Shown here: positions 23,399 to 35,463 of the stretch, one piece after another
How positions within the stretch are numbered: position 1 is the stretch's first letter
How the letters are laid out: the number at the start of each line of letters is the position of its first letter
Assembly: GCA_904063045.1 (NCBI GenBank)
Contig: CAJFCJ010000028.1
Location: forward strand, 434,001-498,000
Source: Dimorphilus gyrociliatus
Lineage: Eukaryota > Animalia > Annelida
DNA length: 64,000 bases
Direction: 5' to 3'
The notes under the pieces: generated by a model
What the model saw: the letters and a program-made list of their open reading frames with translations, nothing else
What the model was told of the DNA's origin: nothing
Databases searched by the model: none
Program-made: the position numbers and the translations under genes

Positions 23399-24596
23399 AT
23401 GGACGAAACCAGAGAAGAAGATCAACAAGAGGAAGTACCTGAAGAAGAAAATAAAGAAGAAAAGGAAGAAGAAAAAAATGAGGAGGAGGAGCTCTTCGCT
23501 CAAACCGAAACTCTTCGGCAAGAATTGAAAGAGGAAATGATCAAAGTTATTGAAGATGTAGTCTACGAACTAAAGTTAGCGGATAAATTAGTTGACGGTC
23601 TTATACCTGACAGTGACGGTATTTCTGAGGACGAAATGAGTGAGACTAACATTAATTTTGTTTGCGAAGCTTTTTGGCAAAATGCGGTGAACTCTATTAA
23701 GATAGCGGATATATCCATCGACGACAATGATAAAAAAAACGATAAGGCAGACGATGGACAAGAGGAAGAAGAAGCAGAAGCAGAGGAGGGTGCAGAAGAA
23801 AAAGAAAAAGGAGCATCAGAAGAAGATACTGAAAAAGAAAAAGAGGGAGAAAAAGAAGTTGAGCCAAAGAATGAATTAGAAGAAGAAATGAAAGGAAATG
23901 AAGAAATCACTGAAGAGAAAACCAAAGAAGAAATTGAAAATATTGCCGAAGAAACTACCGCTGATGAAGAGAAAGGGGACGATGAAATAATTGAGATTAA
24001 AGAAAACAAAGAAAACTTTCTCTTTGTAGAAGCACTCTTTAGCGCATTAAATGAACTAGGTAAAGAAGAATTGATCGAAAAGATAAAAAACTGGCAAAGC
24101 GTAGGTGAGTGTTTTATTTAATTACTTAGGAAGAGCAGCAAGAGCTCTATAACATTTTTTCAATCATATAGTTTCGCAATGGAGAAAATTACAAATGATA
24201 CGAGAAATGGCTGAGGAACGGAAACGCAAAGCCGAAGAGCTCTTCTTACAACAGCAAGAGCAAGAGGATGAAGAAGAAGAAATACAACCTCAAAGAACTC
24301 CTACTCCTCCACCAATACCATATACTCAAGTTCTGTCAGAGTGCTCAGGAACTTTATTAGATTGCCTTCGCCTTGATATTCACCTATTACAAAGATTAGA
24401 GAAGGCAGAAGTTCTTTCTGAAGATATGATTTTGGATATAAAGTGTCGGGCAAATAGACATGATAGAGTGAATAGGCTTATACATTTGCTGATGAGATTG
24501 GGTCCAGAATCATTGAGGAATTTTATAGAAGCTCTTAAGCAAAGTGAAGATCATTATTTCTTGGCAAATATCTTATCATTTAGAACTTTTACTTAG
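23399..24596 (+). CDS. Highly acidic protein of about 376 aa with a C-terminal CARD, 2 exons
   Basis: A 67-nt intron (24105-24171, GTGAGT...ATAG) joins the two ORFs in frame. The C-terminal LLDCLRLDIHLLQRLEKAEVLSEDMILDI...RVNRLIHLLMRLGPESLRNFIEALKQSEDHYFLANIL fits the CARD pattern. Confidence 0.75.
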
Positions 24597-24786
24597 AAAC
24601 TTATGTCTTAAATTTGAGATTTATGAAAAGGAAATATAAGCTTTTTATTATTATTTTACTTTATAAAAAAAAGAGAGAAAAAAAATCTTCAATTATCCCT
24701 ATCCTTATAAATATTACAATATTATTATTGGTTTATTCTCATAGCAAAAAAAATTTGATAAGAAAATGTTCGTTTCTCTTTTCTCC

Positions 24787-26093
24787 CTAATGTTTAACTT
24801 TTTCTGGTGTACGACGTCCCACGCTCTTCTTCTTGGCTTTAGGTGAAGTTTCTTTAGGAACCTCTGGTAAAACTACTTCCACTTTTTCAACCTCTTCGAC
24901 TTCTTTCTCCTCCACTTCAGGTTCCTCTTTAACTTCTTCCGTTACTTCGTTAGATTTCTTCTCTTTATCCTTTTTTGCGCTTAATACAGGTCTTGGTTTA
25001 GTTGGATCGTGCATTCGATCGTATGCAGTAGGGTGAACAGATTTCGTTCCGGTATTTGGTCTGGTAGATGGTTTTGATAAACCAACACTTTCAACTTCAT
25101 CGTCATCTGACTGACCCCTTTCTTGCCAAAAATTTTGAACTTTAGCTTTGATAGCGGCTTCGTTATCTTCCCTCCACTCCTTTTGCCAATGCCGCAGTTC
25201 GGAGACCTTCTCCTCACAACGAATTTTATATCCTCGAAACCACGATTGAATGATCAGAGAGGCTTCGGATTCGTTCCATATTAAAGACAATGGGAGAGGA
25301 GGACGAGGACTAGGGAAATATTTAAAGTTTTATTGAAAAAAGTAAATTGAATAATATTTGCATTCGCCCACTTTGTTTTCCAATGCTCTTTTACAAATGG
25401 AATTTCCTCAAAGCTAACTCCCTCTCTGTCAGTATAGAGTTTATTGTGCCTAAAAATGGTTAAAGAATGAATGTTCAATATACTGTTGAAATTCAATGTT
25501 GTTTGTTTACTTACGTATACAAATAATGTGTGAGAAAATCAAGAGCGTTAAATTTTGTTCGTTTTCTCTGTAGTATAAGGAAAAAAACATAGGTTTATCA
25601 ATTATTATTGGTTTTTATGTGGGAAAAACCTCAAAACATTTCTCCTCTTTTGCTTGTTCAAGCATTTTCTCCATTCCAGGTATTAGTATAGGCAAAATAT
25701 AATATTGGCAATAATCTCTTGCCGTACAATTTTCTTTAGGAGGAGGGCTCTTAGGAGCAGGTGGAGGTGGAGGTGTTGGTTCGTCTACAAGTGATACTCC
25801 TATCGTTGCTGGGTGAGACACGGATGCATCAAATTCATCTTCTAAGCAAAAATCACCATCAACCCTTGCGTGTAATTTTCCATAAAAGACAGGAGAGTGC
25901 TTTGACGAATCAAACTTTTTATACACACAATTTTCTCTTTCTTTTTCATAATCATAGAACGGCGGTCTACGTGAGGAAAATTCTGAAAGGGCGATAATAT
26001 GTCTAAATTAGAAAAGTTTCAAATAAATTAGAAAATTTGCAATAAGAAACTCAAATCAAAATCAATTATTTGTTTTATAATTAACCTTTGCAT
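24787..26093 (-). CDS. IQCK: IQ domain-containing protein K
   Basis: YILPILIPGMEKMLEQAKEEKCFE, SFEEIPFVKEHW, PRPPLPLSLIWNESEASLIIQSWFRGYKIRCEEKVSELRHWQKEWRE. The start (ATG 26093, in a mini-exon MQR) is tentative. Confidence 0.85.
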
Positions 26094-28978
26094 ATTTCTT
26101 GAAATATATTAGGGTCTGGTAAATCAACGAAAATCGACATTTTGACTGTTACTAAGCTAATGTAACAGTTGTTTACATAGTTACGTTTGGTAAAAGATAT
26201 ATATTCTTTAAAAAATATAAACTGTTAGAAATTAAAAAATAAACAGTTTAATACTTCAGGAAAGCAAATTCACTAAATCTAAATAATAAAATATTTGAAA
26301 TATTGAAATACTCAACTTGAAAAAGAAAATAAAATTTATTTAACAATTCTTTTATATAAATAGATCGATTCTCACAGGATAATCTCAGAAATTAAATAGT
26401 ATAAAAAAATTTTCACTAGCTTCTTTAGTATAGAAGATCATTAGATAAGTTTTAAAAGAGTATTTTAAATATTTGTATATAATATAGCTAAGAAATAATA
26501 CATAATTAGTATAATTATAACTATTGATTTAGATTGGCTGCCTCCACTAAATAAAAATGAAATTTAAAACTAAATTGAAAGAGAATTGTCTGAAACTTAT
26601 GATAGATATGAAAGAAAAATTAAGTACACTCTGCTTTTAATAAATCGTTACAAAAAGAATATATTATGTCCATAATTTACCTGCAAAGTCGCTCTTTGCA
26701 ACATTTATTCACCATCATAAACTACTTTATTAATTGAACTTTTAATTAAAATAGATATCTTACCCATAAAGTAAACAGTATTTTTTTCCTAATCAAAACA
26801 GAAATGGTAGATAAGTAATTTAAATAAGGTAACCATGGAAGAAGGTTGGCTGGAAAAAGTAGAGAGCAAACTAATCCGACTTCCATATATTGATTTTCAT
26901 AGGTGACAAATATTTACACATGAATTTTTTACATAACGATAAACTGTAGTTTGATTCTATTACTATATTATATGTCTGTTAATAAATTATAAGATCTATC
27001 TCTTTTCTATTGATTAAGTTAATTGAAAAATATTTACCCTTAGAAAGGTGGAATCTTAAGTGAATTGATAATAGAGGAAGAGCATTGAAAAATAAGAAAA
27101 ATACATAATCGACTGAAGAGAAAGTATCAATACCCTTGTAAATAAGGTCATCGATCAGTTTCTGGTAGTTCCGGCTGTAATTGCCTTCAAAGATGGTCAA
27201 CCAATCGATTTACTCAAACATTCTCTTATTTTAATTGTTCCAAATAAATTTTTACATTCATTTTGCAATATAAATTCATAAATAAATTAAAATAAAAACT
27301 ATTATATACTCACTTTTGTAAGGAAAAACTGCAGAGTAGATACTTCCATCTGAACTAATGGTTCTTTTGAATAGACTACTGGCGTTTGACATATGGCTTT
27401 TATAACTTAATGATAGATACCATAAAAAAATAGATAAATATATTATCTTTAAATATTTTTGTTAAGTGATTAACACTGATGTTAATCCAATAAGAAGATT
27501 AGAATCTATTAATAGAATTTATTTCCTTCACTTTGTTAACTTTCCAGTTAAAAATATCGAAATAAAAGTAAAAGATTATGAATTTATTAAAATTTCTTCT
27601 AAATATATTTTTCTTCTAAACTTTAAAACAACTTGTAAAATGGCTGATTCTATTTTTTTTAAAACTAAATCCAACGTTGCTAGGAGAAGCCAGGAGCATA
27701 AATGAAAAATCAAACACAATTCCAGTTGCATTAGGCCTATAGTGAAATTCTTTTGTGTTCTGTTTGAAAACCCTGTTTGATTCGACGTGCTAATTCAAGA
27801 CCGTTCGATCTACTCCTAGGCGTCACTTTATTGAACGCATATATTAGCAGTTTTCTTTCACTATGAACCTTTTAATCAGATTATTAAAAATATTATTAAG
27901 AGAAAGAATGAAAGAAAGCAGCAAACAATCAATTGTTATGCCACCCTTATAGACAAGAATAAATTCAAGTGTTTGTTGTAAACATCTTCAAAGAATACAG
28001 TTTTCATTACAAACTACTCACATGACAAACTTGGTAAAATAAGTGTAATTGAACAATTTAAAGTGTTATGTATCATATTTATATTACAATTATTAGAGTA
28101 GATATCAATTTGAATTACGAGATCTTATCATAAATGAATAATAAAGTGTATGAAAATGGTAAATAAATAATAATTTGTAAAACATAAGAACAAACTTAAC
28201 AATATGACATTTGAATCAGTTAAAAAATAATATTAATATTTAAATAATACTATGGATTAAGTGATGCTGTTGACCTACTAACAGTGAATTTTCTTTACGA
28301 AATTTATGATTGATATTATTTACTTGAAAACTTGTGAAAGCAGGAAGTTATTATTGTTTATTTAACAATAGCCGGAAGATCTGCCCTACTAAGATAAGGC
28401 AAATTATGATGAAAAAATAACTATCAAGTACAGTTGAGTGAGTAATAAGTGAACGTTGTTGTGATTATTTTATACCAAATGTTTATAGTTCAAGTGGAGT
28501 CAGTTGGAAATTTGGTACAGTAATTTTGCTATATAAGCTTAAATCATTTTTGAGAATTGGTTATTTTAATTGACCTATATCTTTTGAAAAATCATAAATT
28601 ATTTACAGTAATTCCTTTTTACGTCGTATTAGTTAAAGCTTGCTTTATAAAAACTTCCTCTTTGCTAAAAAGATAAGAATTTATTACACTTTTTATCAGT
28701 GTTTGTCAGTGTTCAGTATATTTTACCAGTACAGTTAAGCTAAAAACTGTTGTACATTTTTTTCGACTGGTTTGGGGGTCAGTGGCAATTAGTTTGCGAA
28801 ATTATTAATGAAAGAGACGGGATCCACACTATATATATATAACAGGAGGCTTCTTAAATCCACAATTATCTCGTATAAGAGTGCTGAAAACACTAATCGG
28901 ACAACAGTTACAAATCATGTAACAGAAGAGCTGCTTGTCAGTTAACTTTCGAGATTAATCAACAACGTCCTGCACAGA

Positions 28979-30460
28979 ATGAGCTTCCTTTTGTAAGTGT
29001 TCTATACTTCGGTTTGTTTACATCTCGAGATGAACAATAAACAAAAATTTTTGTGTCATAAAACGTGCGCAATCTTCAGAGACATATATTTACCAAACTC
29101 TAATAATATTCTTGATTCAACTTTCAATAATGTGGCACGTTTCATTCGACAGTGGTTCAAGAAATAATAAGACATTTAAGCCGAAGAAGAAGATTGTGGA
29201 AGGAAGTCATCAATATGAGTTGATGAAACATGCTGCTTCTACTTTAGGCTCAGGGAACTTAAGAGATGCTGTAAAATTGCCTGATGGTGAAGATATAAAT
29301 GAATGGGTTGCTGTTAACAGTAAGTTTAACCTCTAAATTATTTTTAGAATAATCATACGATTCGTAACTTGGATCAATAAAATTTGATTATTTGTAAGAC
29401 ATATAGGTCACGAAATTTATGTATATTCCAACAACTGTATGTTCCTCGAAACTTTATCCCTATTAAACATTTTGAGAAATATTTCGCTTTCTCTTAAATA
29501 GATCATTTACAAAGAAAGAAAACTGTATAATCTCTTCTCTTTAGAGATATATTTGATTTAGGCTTCGTGTCTTATCTTATACACGAAATTTCTTTTACAA
29601 TTGATTTCATCGAATAGATTATATAAACTACAATAAGTATATTTCACTTGAAAAATCCGTCTTTTTTTACCGTAGATTAACGTTTAAGCTATAAATAACT
29701 TTTAACGATCTCTGATTTAATAGCTTCAACTGCTCATTATTAATGTAAAAAATGTCCATTTCACTCATTTAATCATGTAAAATCGGATGCTTTTAATATA
29801 TATTTGTTTTCTTCTTTTTGTACAGCTGTGGATTTTTTTAATCAAATAAATATGCTGTATGGAACATTGACTGAATTTTGTACCGATAAAACTTGCCCAA
29901 TTATGAGAGCAGGACCTAAATATGAATATCACTGGGCTGATGGTTTAACAGTAAAGAAACCTATTAAATGTTCAGCGCCAAAGTACATCGATTATCTAAT
30001 GACTTGGGTTCAAGACCAGCTTGACGATGAAGCAGTATTCCCCTCCAAAATTGGTAAGAAAATAGTTTCTCTTAATTAGTGGTACTGTTACAAAAACACC
30101 CATTACTCGTTAATTGAAATTTATAAATACTTCAGGGGTGCCGTTTCCTAAAAGTTTTCTATCGATTGCAAAGATTATTCTGAAAAGAATGTTTCGCGTT
30201 TATGCACATATTTATCACGAACATTTTAACCAGGTAGTTTTTTTTTCGTAACATGATATCTTATAATATACTTTGCAATATTTATTACATTTTTACATTT
30301 TCTATAACTTTCTTTTGACTAGGTCATCAACCTTAAGGAAGAACCTCACTTAAACACTTCGTTCAAACATTTTATTTTCTTCGTTCAAGAATTCAACCTG
30401 GTTGAGGAAAAAGAATTGATGCCACTTGAAGAACTAATTAAAACATTGACAACTAAGTGA
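28979..30460 (+). CDS. MOB1: MOB kinase activator 1 (Hippo pathway), 5 exons
   Basis: [77 protein letters not shown] and [15 protein letters not shown]. Confidence 0.97.
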
Positions 30461-31021
30461 AATCGTTTTGCATAAGATATTTTGTGATATATTGCTACGA
30501 GTGTTTTTGGATTGCATAGTTAATACCATAAGGTTACACTGAAGTACTGCTTGCAGCTTTTCTCATGACCTGATCTTGACTGTCATCTCATACTACTCCT
30601 GGATTTTAGTCTATTTGTGAAAAAATTAACTCTTTTAAGTCTGTATAGATGCTGTACTTGTCACTGTTAATTTATTATTTTATTGCCTAATTAAACAAAA
30701 TATACAACAATTACTTTACCAAATATTCCCGCGTTACCTATTTACCAGCGAATTTCGAGCGTTCCTAAATTTACTGCGGGCTAATTATAATGGTATGGAT
30801 ACGTATTCCCACTGTTATCAATGACAAAAAATCTACACGTGAACAGGAACCGCTTTTACCTCGACGCAACCTTCACTATAATTTGAAAGGGATACCACGC
30901 GGTCAGAAAAATTTAAAAAAAAGCAAGTAGGAATTGAGAATTTAGAATACTAGTGAGTAATATTACATTGACAATACATATGTAATATATAATACTTAGG
31001 TTTTTAAGCAGAGAATTAAGA

Positions 31022-32976
31022 ATGCCAAGAAAATCGACAAAGCGTCCTGTGGCTGAGACCGTTCCTGTATGTATCTTGATCGGTTTATAATTTATGAGAT
31101 ATGATCCTTAAACTTAAGTTATAATTGTCGTAAAAACCTTATTTACAAATATTTTTATTTATTTACAGGAAGAGGAACCTAAAAAGCCTAAAAGAGGCAA
31201 AGTTGCCACAAGAAAACGATCTTTAAGTGATGCCGTTCGTATGCTAATTGAAAAATATGCTAAGATCGAAATTGAACATATGTGACTTTTTCAGGATGAT
31301 GTAAAAAATAACAACGCAAAGACTCGTCAGCCAAAGGTATCAAAAAAGGCACAGGTTAGTTTTAATGATTACATTTGAAATTTATGAATTGTTTTTTATC
31401 TCGTTTTCATTTAACTTTCCCTCATATTCCATTATAAGGGGGTTAGCATCTATAGGACTTACCCTAAGGTTCATTTTAGCGCCTCTAGTGGTAGATAATC
31501 CTTAAAGTTGCAAAGATTTTTAAAACGCCTTATATACTTATAGAAATAAGCGTTTTTCGCGAAAGACCCTCATTTCTTTTCCCCTTTACCTGACTGTTGA
31601 ATGTGAATATGTTTAAAAAGTTTTATAAGTAATAATTGATAAGTTACAAAGTTTTTTTTAATTAATCATCATTTTAAACAAAATTAGGTCGAGACGGTTC
31701 CGAAATGTAGCAGAAAAGTTTACAAAGAACCTGGAACTGTTTATTGTCTCGGACAAAATGATGCTGGTCAACTCGGAGTTGGAGATTCAATAACTGAGAG
31801 AAAAAAACCAGCCAAAGTAAATATACCTGAAGAAATAGTATTTATTGCTGCAGGAGGTATGCACAGTCTGGCTGTTTCCGTAAGCGGTAAGGTTTTTAGT
31901 TGGGGATGTAATGATGAAGGAGCCCTCGGGAGAGATATCAGTGAGGATGATGGATACTTACCTCTTGAAGTTAAGTTTCCAGAAGATGTCAAAATTCACT
32001 CGGTTTCAGCAGGAGATGCCCATTCAGCAGCATTAACCAATGCTGGTGATATATATGTATGGGGTGTGTTCAGAGCTCAAAGTGGCAGGTTTGGTATGCT
32101 AAATCTACAAGATATCATAAAACAACCCATAAAAGTAACAGTTTTTTCGTTTGCCTTGAAGTAGTCATGTACAACACCAATTAATTACAGGTAAATTTGG
32201 AACAAAAAGCGGCTAAGATTTGCAGCGGAGATAATCATTTAGCAATCTTAGGAGAGAACGGAACTGTTTACACGATGGGTGTAGCTGAAAATGGGCAACT
32301 TGGTAGAGTTTCTAGTAGAATGGCTCCCAACCATAGGCATAAAGACGTTTTTCTTAATCCACGTAAAATCAATTCACGTGTGAAATACACAAATATATTT
32401 CCCGCTCAATTTGGAACCTTCGCTTACCTTTCTGGAAAAGGATTAGACGCATTTGGCTTGAATGTTTATAAGCATCTTGGCTTCCCAGATAGCAAAGATA
32501 GATTCTTCCCTGAACGTATTACAGAGGAGAAATGGAATCTTAGCATTCAGGAAATAGTTGGGGCAATTCATCATACAATTGTTTTAGATACCGATGGAAA
32601 GGTTTATTCAATAGGAAGAAACGAATATGGAAGATTAGGTAAAAAAAATTTGTATTTGCTGAGCCTTTTCGTTGTCTAAAACTAAAATATTCGGATAGGT
32701 CTTGGGACAAAGGATGACGCAGAAGTCTTAACGGAAGTGCCCTTTGAGGACAATGTTAAAGTAAAAAATATTTGGGCAAGCGGAACGGTATCACTGGCTG
32801 TATCAAAAGATGGAAAAGTTTATTCATGGGGAGCTGCCACATCTCTTCAAACTGGCTCTACTGATGAAGATGACGACCGGTGGAAACCTGAGCTTATGGG
32901 AGGCAAACAATTAGAAGATAAAACGGTTACGATGGTAGCTGTAGGAGGCCAACATAGTATGGTACTCGCTAGTTAA
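31022..32976 (+). CDS. RCC1: Regulator of chromosome condensation 1
   Basis: Basic N-terminal tail starting MPRKSTK; RCC1 repeats GQNDAGQLG, AAGGMHS, VFSWGCNDEGALGR, SAGDAHSAAL, GRNEYGRLG and VAVGGQHS. Confidence 0.92.
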
Positions 32977-33218
32977 ATGTTAAAGTAGATTTTTTAGTCC
33001 ATAACAGTCCAGTTATGAATATTTTCATCCGATGAACCCGTATATAAAAATATACAGACAGGACGTAAGTTAAGTGTCTTTCTTCTTATTAGTTGAGTTA
33101 ACTAATAACCTTTAAGATTTAAATATAAAAATATACAGCCACATCTTTCTATAATGTATCCTGTAAAATGATAACAGACTAAATACATTTATAAAAAGTT
33201 CACTAGTAGTGTTCAACT

Positions 33219-35133
33219 TTAAACTGTAGGAGATTTAGATTCAGTTACTTCTATAGAGATCTTTGATCTTAAACCCTCAAGTTGTTCTTTGATTTTAGTG
33301 TCACTGACTTTCGATAAGATAATATCGATAACTTCTGCAAGTCTGGCTGAAGGTGCCCTGTGGCCAACCTTAAGAAGTAAAGAGCATAGCTGCATCAAGA
33401 CATGGTCAAATTCTGAACCCGCATCCTTTTTCGCTAAATAAAAATCTTCCACAATTTGTTGGAATCTTCTTTCGCAAGCCAAAACGTCGCTATTTTTTGC
33501 TAAGGCACAAGTTAAAACGTGTAACCAGCTGGCTTTGAAGCAGTCATTTCCACATTTTGAGAGTATACAAACTGTCCTTGCTGCTCCCTGACTATCTTGT
33601 CTCTCAGCCTGAAAGACGGCTAAATGTAACAGGAAGAGGGAACAAAGGGGTTCGGCATTGGCTGCCGCGACTAGAACAGCTGGTATGTTGTCAGGATTAA
33701 CAGTAGAATGTAGATATTTCGATTTTAAAAGGCGAAATTCGTCATCGGCACATACAACTTGTATCATTGGTAGAAAGTGAACAATTATTGAGGGATCTGG
33801 ATTAACTACCATTGCTTCTTCTTCAGATAATAATCTAGGACAAAGTAGCAGGATATTAGTTAGATATTTAAAATAATGAAAGAGTCTCTGTTATATTGAA
33901 ATTAAATATGATTAGTCAAGAATGGATAGCTACCTACCTCCAAGCATTCATTGCCAATAAAAGTAACCTAATTAAAGATAGGATATGATTGTCTTCTCTT
34001 GGTAATGAACATGACTGTAGCTGAGAATTTAACACTGTTAACACCGTTGAAGCTAAAGAGTGTAAACAATACGGATCTGCTAAAACTAAAGCTAGATCAG
34101 CTATAACTTCTTCGTGTCCTCTTCTCACTGAGTCAACAAATGCTATCAACTCTGCACACCTCTTATCCGAAACATAACGCTCTCGAACGCAAGCATCCAC
34201 GCACCATGCAAATTTATGACAAGGATCGCGTGATACAATGAGTGAGCGATCGTTGTCATGCAAAGCCATTAAAAGTTGACCTCTTAGTGTACAATAATGA
34301 GGTGATTTCGTTCGAACATAAAGTGATCTCAAGAGAGTTAAAGTCTGTTGCATAATAATAAATTATTATTTTAAAGATAAATTTCATTTTGTTATAATTG
34401 ATGAAATAGAAGTAGTAAATTTTATGAATTACGTACCTGATCATAAAGTTGAATATTATCCCCTAACATTTTAACAACTTCAGCTAACGGCTCTCTTCTT
34501 GTTTTTGGATTTTGAGTTAACACACAAACAGTAGAGGAGAGAACCTCATCGCACCATTTAGTATAAGAAGAAAGTAAAGGATAAATTTCTTCGCCGAATC
34601 TTTCTTCGTCCTTTGTCCAAACAGCTCGTTTTAACTCCACAGGAGCGACAGCATATAAATCGGGACTGTTTACGATTTCATTTAAAATTTTTGGCTCTGT
34701 CCGGGACCCTAGTTGCCTTAACGCTGCCATTACAATAGGTTGTAGTATAGGGATCCTGACAATTGGCCAGGATTTAGCTACAATTTGTTGCAACTGCTTG
34801 CATACTTGTTCATCTTCACTATCCCCTAAATTTCGAATTTTATTAATAAGTTTTTCTTTGAGTTCTTCTATCAAGCACTGATGAAAAGTCGAACGGCGAA
34901 TTCCATGCAAATCCAATAGGGACAAGGCGGCTCTTAACGAGGGTAAAACCATAGCATTTTGATTCTAAAAATAAATCATGTTAAAACTTATTCGTTCTCT
35001 ATTATAATCTCTTCAAATTTTAAATCTTTACCTGAAAGTCCTCAATTGCCTGCATCGGGTCGTTGGAATTTTGCAAAGCTTCCCTGAGGTCCGAACTCGA
35101 TGGGATTCCAACTTCTTTCAACGCTGAATCCAT
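33219..35133 (-). CDS. NELFB: Negative elongation factor B (COBRA1), 4 exons
   Basis: MDSALKEVGIPSSSDLREAL...AIEDFQ, LPSLRAALSLLDLHG, HYCTLRGQLLMALHD, DPCHKFAWCVDACVRE and VIADLALVLADPY. Confidence 0.93.
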
Positions 35134-35463
35134 TTTTAACGAACAATTTAACAAATTGCAATCAAATTCAGAATCTTCCCATATTATCGTCCACGCGGCG
35201 ATTCGCACTAAACTCGGGGCGGAGTTGATTATAAATGTCAATTCAGCAGCTTGTTTAAATTTCTCAAGCAAGAGTGTTTTGGAATTGGGATGGATAAATA
35301 TTTTTATTCATATCAATATTGAATATGAAAAAGTAATATAATTCAAAAATAACTAATTATTATCTATTTAAATTTCTAAAAAGGTAAAGTTACTTTTTAG
35401 CTTTGAAGAACGTTCAAATGAGTCATTTTAAAAATTGTATATATATTATAATACTAATTTGAA

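Noticed and set aside
27120-27290. Plus-strand peptide VPAVIAFKDGQPID resembling a thioredoxin C-terminal strand
   Set aside because: No CxxC-containing exon or open upstream chain; probably a chance resemblance.
31356-31688. Long RCC1 intron as a possible U17/snR30-type snoRNA host (CATATTCC resembles the m1 motif) and a CTCF-like TAGCGCCTCTAGTGG at 31477-31491
   Set aside because: The matching m2 motif (AAACCAT) and a convincing H/ACA hairpin structure were not found; the CTCF-like motif is one base short of the core consensus.
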